A stretch of 64,000 nt of DNA from Mycoplasmatales bacterium. GTDB taxonomy: Bacteria > Bacillota_I > Bacilli_A > Mycoplasmatales > MT37. The notes below the pieces were generated by a model. That model had not been told where the DNA came from, made no database searches, and saw nothing but the letters and a program-made list of their open reading frames with translations. Shown here piece after piece: positions 59,705-64,000 of the stretch (the first letter of the stretch is position 1; each line of letters starts with the position of its first letter). Location: positions 78,018-142,017 of the forward strand of contig OZ239770.1 in NCBI GenBank assembly GCA_965196725.1, written 5' to 3'. A program made the translations under genes and the position numbers.

Positions 59705-62700
59705 GTTTTATTCAGTCGCCATTTTTAATAGAATAAAAACATTCTTTTATTTGAAATAAGATGGAAAAAAGTTTTATTCAGTCGCCATTTTTAATAGAAT
59801 AAAAACTTTCGCCTTCGTAAAGATGTTCCCCCGCCGGTTTTATTCAGTCGCCATTTTTAATAGAATAAAAACGTTAAATTACCAAATGATATTTTTTCAA
59901 CCGTTTTATTCAGTCGCCATTTTTAATAGAATAAAAACACAATTCGGCGATCGTTTGAACGGTGAAGCGTTTTATTCAGTCGCCATTTTTAATAGAATAA
60001 AAACTTTCTTTTCTCAAATCGGCAAAAAATACTGGTTTTATTCAGTCGCCATTTTTAATAGAATAAAAACTTTTGCTTTGGCAAAAAAACCCTGTCCCAA
60101 GTTTTATTCAGTCGCCATTTTTAATAGAATAAAAACGGAAAAATTTAATTACATATTAGAACGACGGTTTTATTCAGTCGCCATTTTTAATAGAATAAAA
60201 ACGCGATTTGTTGGATTTGTTAGAAGTTAAGAGTTTTATTCAGTCGCCATTTTTAATAGAATAAAAACCTGTTTTTTTCAAACTACCCTTCAACCGCTGT
60301 TTTATTCAGTCGCCATTTTTAATAGAATAAAAACATGTTATTAACAAGAAAGATTTGCTCGTCAGTTTTATTCAGTCGCCATTTTTAATAGAATAAAAAC
60401 AGCAGTTCCCTGTCTCGCGTGGTGCGGGGGGTTTTATTCAGTCGCCATTTTTAATAGAATAAAAACGAAGGTTTGCTTCTCTTAAACAGACCAAAGGTTT
60501 TATTCAGTCGCCATTTTTAATAGAATAAAAACTCTTTAATTGGCGAAGTCGCGGTTGGGATTGTTTTATTCAGTCGCCATTTTTAATAGAATAAAAACCT
60601 CCTACTCCCAGTCCACCTCTTGCGCCGCGTTTTATTCAGTCGCCATTTTTAATAGAATAAAAACTTTGACACCGCGCCGATTACCGACGCGGGCGTTTTA
60701 TTCAGTCGCCATTTTTAATAGAATAAAAACATTTTGCCGCGATTATTAAAACAATTGAAAGTTTTATTCAGTCGCCATTTTTAATAGAATAAAAACTAAC
60801 AAAGTTAAAAACCGGACAAAAAGTCAGTTTTATTCAGTCGCCATTTTTAATAGAATAAAAACTTGCCGACCAAGCAAACCCCTTAATTGTTAGTTTTATT
60901 CAGTCGCCATTTTTAATAGAATAAAAACATTTATGGGTTGTTGTATTACCGTATATGGGTTTTATTCAGTCGCCATTTTTAATAGAATAAAAACCTGCTT
61001 GATCCACGGGAACCCGAACGAGTGGTTTTATTCAGTCGCCATTTTTAATAGAATAAAAACCACCTTTAAGACCTTTTTCGCCAGTGATGCGTTTTATTCA
61101 GTCGCCATTTTTAATAGAATAAAAACCTGATGGGCGGCTTCAAAGGCAGTGCGAGCGTTTTATTCAGTCGCCATTTTTAATAGAATAAAAACATTATTAC
61201 GCCCTTAATTACGGCATCCAGTGTTTTATTCAGTCGCCATTTTTAATAGAATAAAAACAACGACGCTTTATTTAGCAATAACGTGGCTGTTTTATTCAGT
61301 CGCCATTTTTAATAGAATAAAAACTAATAAATCAGTGTTAATTTTGTTTTCGGTGTTTTATTCAGTCGCCATTTTTAATAGAATAAAAACCTTTCAAAGA
61401 CGGCTACACCGTTTAAGCGCGTTTTATTCAGTCGCCATTTTTAATAGAATAAAAACAAATAAAGGAGGCGACATTAGACCCCTAAAGTTTTATTCAGTCG
61501 CCATTTTTAATAGAATAAAAACAACTTACGAAATTGAAGCAGTTTTTAACAAGTTTTATTCAGTCGCCATTTTTAATAGAATAAAAACCGCACTTAGCTA
61601 GCAAGCTTGTTTTTTGCTGTTTTATTCAGTCGCCATTTTTAATAGAATAAAAACCTTTTTAATACTTAGTATTTTTGCCTTCTGGTTTTATTCAGTCGCC
61701 ATTTTTAATAGAATAAAAACAAATAAAGATAAAGGAGGATTAGACCCTAAGTTTTATTCAGTCGCCATTTTTAATAGAATAAAAACTACGGCTTTGTCAT
61801 GTCGCCCTCTTCAAAGGTTTTATTCAGTCGCCATTTTTAATAGAATAAAAACAAAAAAAGGGCGCTTCTTTATTAACTGTTAAGTTTTATTCAGTCGCCA
61901 TTTTTAATAGAATAAAAACGTTCATTGGTGAATAAGTCCTTCGTTGAGCGTTTTATTCAGTCGCCATTTTTAATAGAATAAAAACCAGGTTTGATAAAGT
62001 AATGACACCCTTTAAGTTTTATTCAGTCGCCATTTTTAATAGAATAAAAACGATTTAGTGAGCCTTGCTTTTAACGAAGCAGTTTTATTCAGTCGCCATT
62101 TTTAATAGAATAAAAACTGAACAATGATTGTTTTTTGCTCTAATAAAGTTTTATTCAGTCGCCATTTTTAATAGAATAAAAACTTCGAAACGGGCAAGAC
62201 GGGGGAACGATAAGTTTTATTCAGTCGCCATTTTTAATAGAATAAAAACTACTTCATCTAAAACATCTCGTCCAACCAAGTTTTATTCAGTCGCCATTTT
62301 TAATAGAATAAAAACTCATTTCTCTTCAAACCATAAATAAAAAAGGTTTTATTCAGTCGCCATTTTTAATAGAATAAAAACTTTCTTGTTAATAACATAA
62401 AACGGATGGGAGTTTTATTCAGTCGCCATTTTTAATAGAATAAAAACAAGACGAACAACTTCGGCCAAGCGCGAAGAGTTTTATTCAGTCGCCATTTTTA
62501 ATAGAATAAAAACTTTTTTGCATTGAAAATTTATTAAATATGTGTTTTATTCAGTCGCCATTTTTAATAGAATAAAAACGTATTTGCTTGCTTTTGCCTT
62601 TCTGAGGACGTTTTATTCAGTCGCCATTTTTAATAGAATAAAAACTCGTAAAATTTGGTTGTTAAAATAACAATGGTTTTATTCAGTCGCCATTTTTAAT

Positions 62701-64000
62701 AGAATAAAAACCGGTTGTTGGCGGACTAGGCGCCCTTGGTGGTTTTATTCAGTCGCCATTTTTAATAGAATAAAAACTGTTAATTTTCGTTTCCATCTTA
62801 AAAGCGGGTTTTATTCAGTCGCCATTTTTAATAGAATAAAAACACCTTGTTGACCAGGCACACCTTGGATACCGTTTTATTCAGTCGCCATTTTTAATAG
62901 AATAAAAACAAAACGGCTAGGACTTCCTTTCGAAAGAACGTTTTATTCAGTCGCCATTTTTAATAGAATAAAAACTTTTGAAGCACTTTTAACCCATGAA
63001 AAAACGTTTTATTCAGTCGCCATTTTTAATAGAATAAAAACAAATAAAAAAAAAGGAGATAGACCCCTTGAGTTTTATTCAGTCGCCATTTTTAATAGAA
63101 TAAAAACGCGGACGGGCAAACGACCGACGCCGGGAATGTTTTATTCAGTCGCCATTTTTAATAGAATAAAAACGCGGGCGCTGATGAAAGGGATATTGCT
63201 TGAGTTTTATTCAGTCGCCATTTTTAATAGAATAAAAACAAAATGCGAACGCCAAGCTTAGTAGCTTAGGTTTTATTCAGTCGCCATTTTTAATAGAATA
63301 AAAACAATGAAGAAATTGTCATGATTGTTTCACCAGTTTTATTCAGTCGCCATTTTTAATAGAATAAAAACAAATAAAAAAAAAGGAGATAGACCCCTCA
63401 AGTTTTATTCAGTCGCCATTTTTAATAGAATAAAAACAAAGGGTTGAAGCATTAAGTTCGCCCGCACGTTTTATTCAGTCGCCATTTTTAATAGAATAAA
63501 AACCGGTGATTTGGTCGTTCCGTTTGAACCGCTGTTTTATTCAGTCGCCATTTTTAATAGAATAAAAACAAAAAATAGCAAATCATGAATGTTGCGCTTG
63601 TTTTATTCAGTCGCCATTTTTAATAGAATAAAAACGTTAACTCCTTTGGGGCGCTTTGCTCACTAGGTTTTATTCAGTCGCCATTTTTAATAGAATAAAA
63701 ACGACGGCGGATTAGAGACCATGATTATAACTGTTTTATTCAGTCGCCATTTTTAATAGAATAAAAACGAACATGATTTTTACTTTGACTATCAGTAATG
63801 TTTTATTCAGTCGCCATTTTTAATAGAATAAAAACCAAATGGTGGTGTTGATAATGAAACTGATAGTTTTATTCAGTCGCCATTTTTAATAGAATAAAAA
63901 CGATTAAGTCAGCCTTAATCCCTCGTTCAATGTTTTATTCAGTCGCCATTTTTAATAGAATAAAAACCTAAAATTTCGATAAACGAATCGCTTACAATGT
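59705..64000 (+). CRISPR. CRISPR array: 65 complete 36-nt repeats (GTTTTATTCAGTCGCCATTTTTAATAGAATAAAAAC) and 65 spacers; array continues past window end
   Basis: 66-nt periodicity from 59705. Spacers are 30 nt, except four of 31 nt (61853, 63636, 63769, 63968). No repeat variant noticed by eye. The last 2 nt (GT) start a 66th repeat. Confidence 0.98.

Noticed and set aside
61589-62147. Spacers 29 and 37 share TTGTTTTTTGCT (12 nt)
   Set aside because: The sequences flanking the shared 12-mer differ, and the motif is low complexity. This is not evidence of a common target.
59823-62340. ORF-track proteins full of FYSVAIFNRIKT
   Set aside because: These are translations of the CRISPR repeat in one frame. 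They are not genes.
1-64000. Prophage, ICE, IS or plasmid-derived block that could explain the self-matching spacers
   Set aside because: No integrase, transposase, terminal inverted repeats or phage structural genes were recognised in the window. The two matched genes sit among housekeeping genes.

Overview
The window is Mollicutes-type chromosome read with translation table 4. Almost every conserved protein is contiguous only if in-frame TGA is read as Trp, so the fragmented ORF track must be merged. No rRNA, tRNA, transposase or integrase was recognised.

Gene content, left to right:
- 1-10.9 kb, minus strand: gyrB/parE fragment, tatD, a small unknown ORF, yidC, rnpA and rpmH; then deoD with a BMP-lipoprotein/ABC nucleoside-type uptake operon, and tdk.
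- 11-19.8 kb: the replication-origin neighbourhood (dnaA, an AT-rich gap, dnaN), a HAD hydrolase, an ABC exporter pair, serS and dnaX.
- 19.8-24.8 kb: two tandem paralogous membrane-anchored repeat proteins. They share a near-identical 770-bp promoter/5' cassette but carry different C-terminal heads.
- 24.9-47.2 kb: housekeeping genes (tmk, holB, ftsH, gdpP, dnaB, ung, cysS, rlmB-like, a SigH-position sigma-like gene, secE, nusG, rplKAJL, rpmE, ssb, rpsR, gltX, an HD hydrolase), followed by a diverged fba-gap-tpi-ldh cluster.
- 47.4-54.2 kb: the arginine deiminase operon (arcA, arcB, a YfcC-type carrier, arcC) and argS.
- 54.2-64.0 kb: a type II-A-like CRISPR-Cas locus that runs off the window. 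It comprises cas9 (1234 codons), a tracrRNA candidate, cas2, a 393-aa P-loop protein in the csn2 position, and an array of at least 65 identical 36-nt repeats.

Main hunt results:
1. No cas1 lies between cas9 and cas2, where it normally sits, nor elsewhere in the window.
2. Spacer 16 is a 30/30 match to a chromosomal ORF at 2072-2101.
3. Spacer 63 is a 28/30 match to paralogue A at 21575-21604, and both mismatches are synonymous third-codon positions.
4. Several spacers form sibling or overlapping families, and at least five encode Gly-X-Y (collagen-like) peptides.
5. The repeat has self-complementary ends and the tracrRNA anti-repeat covers the whole repeat, so array orientation and PAM side are not settled by sequence alone.
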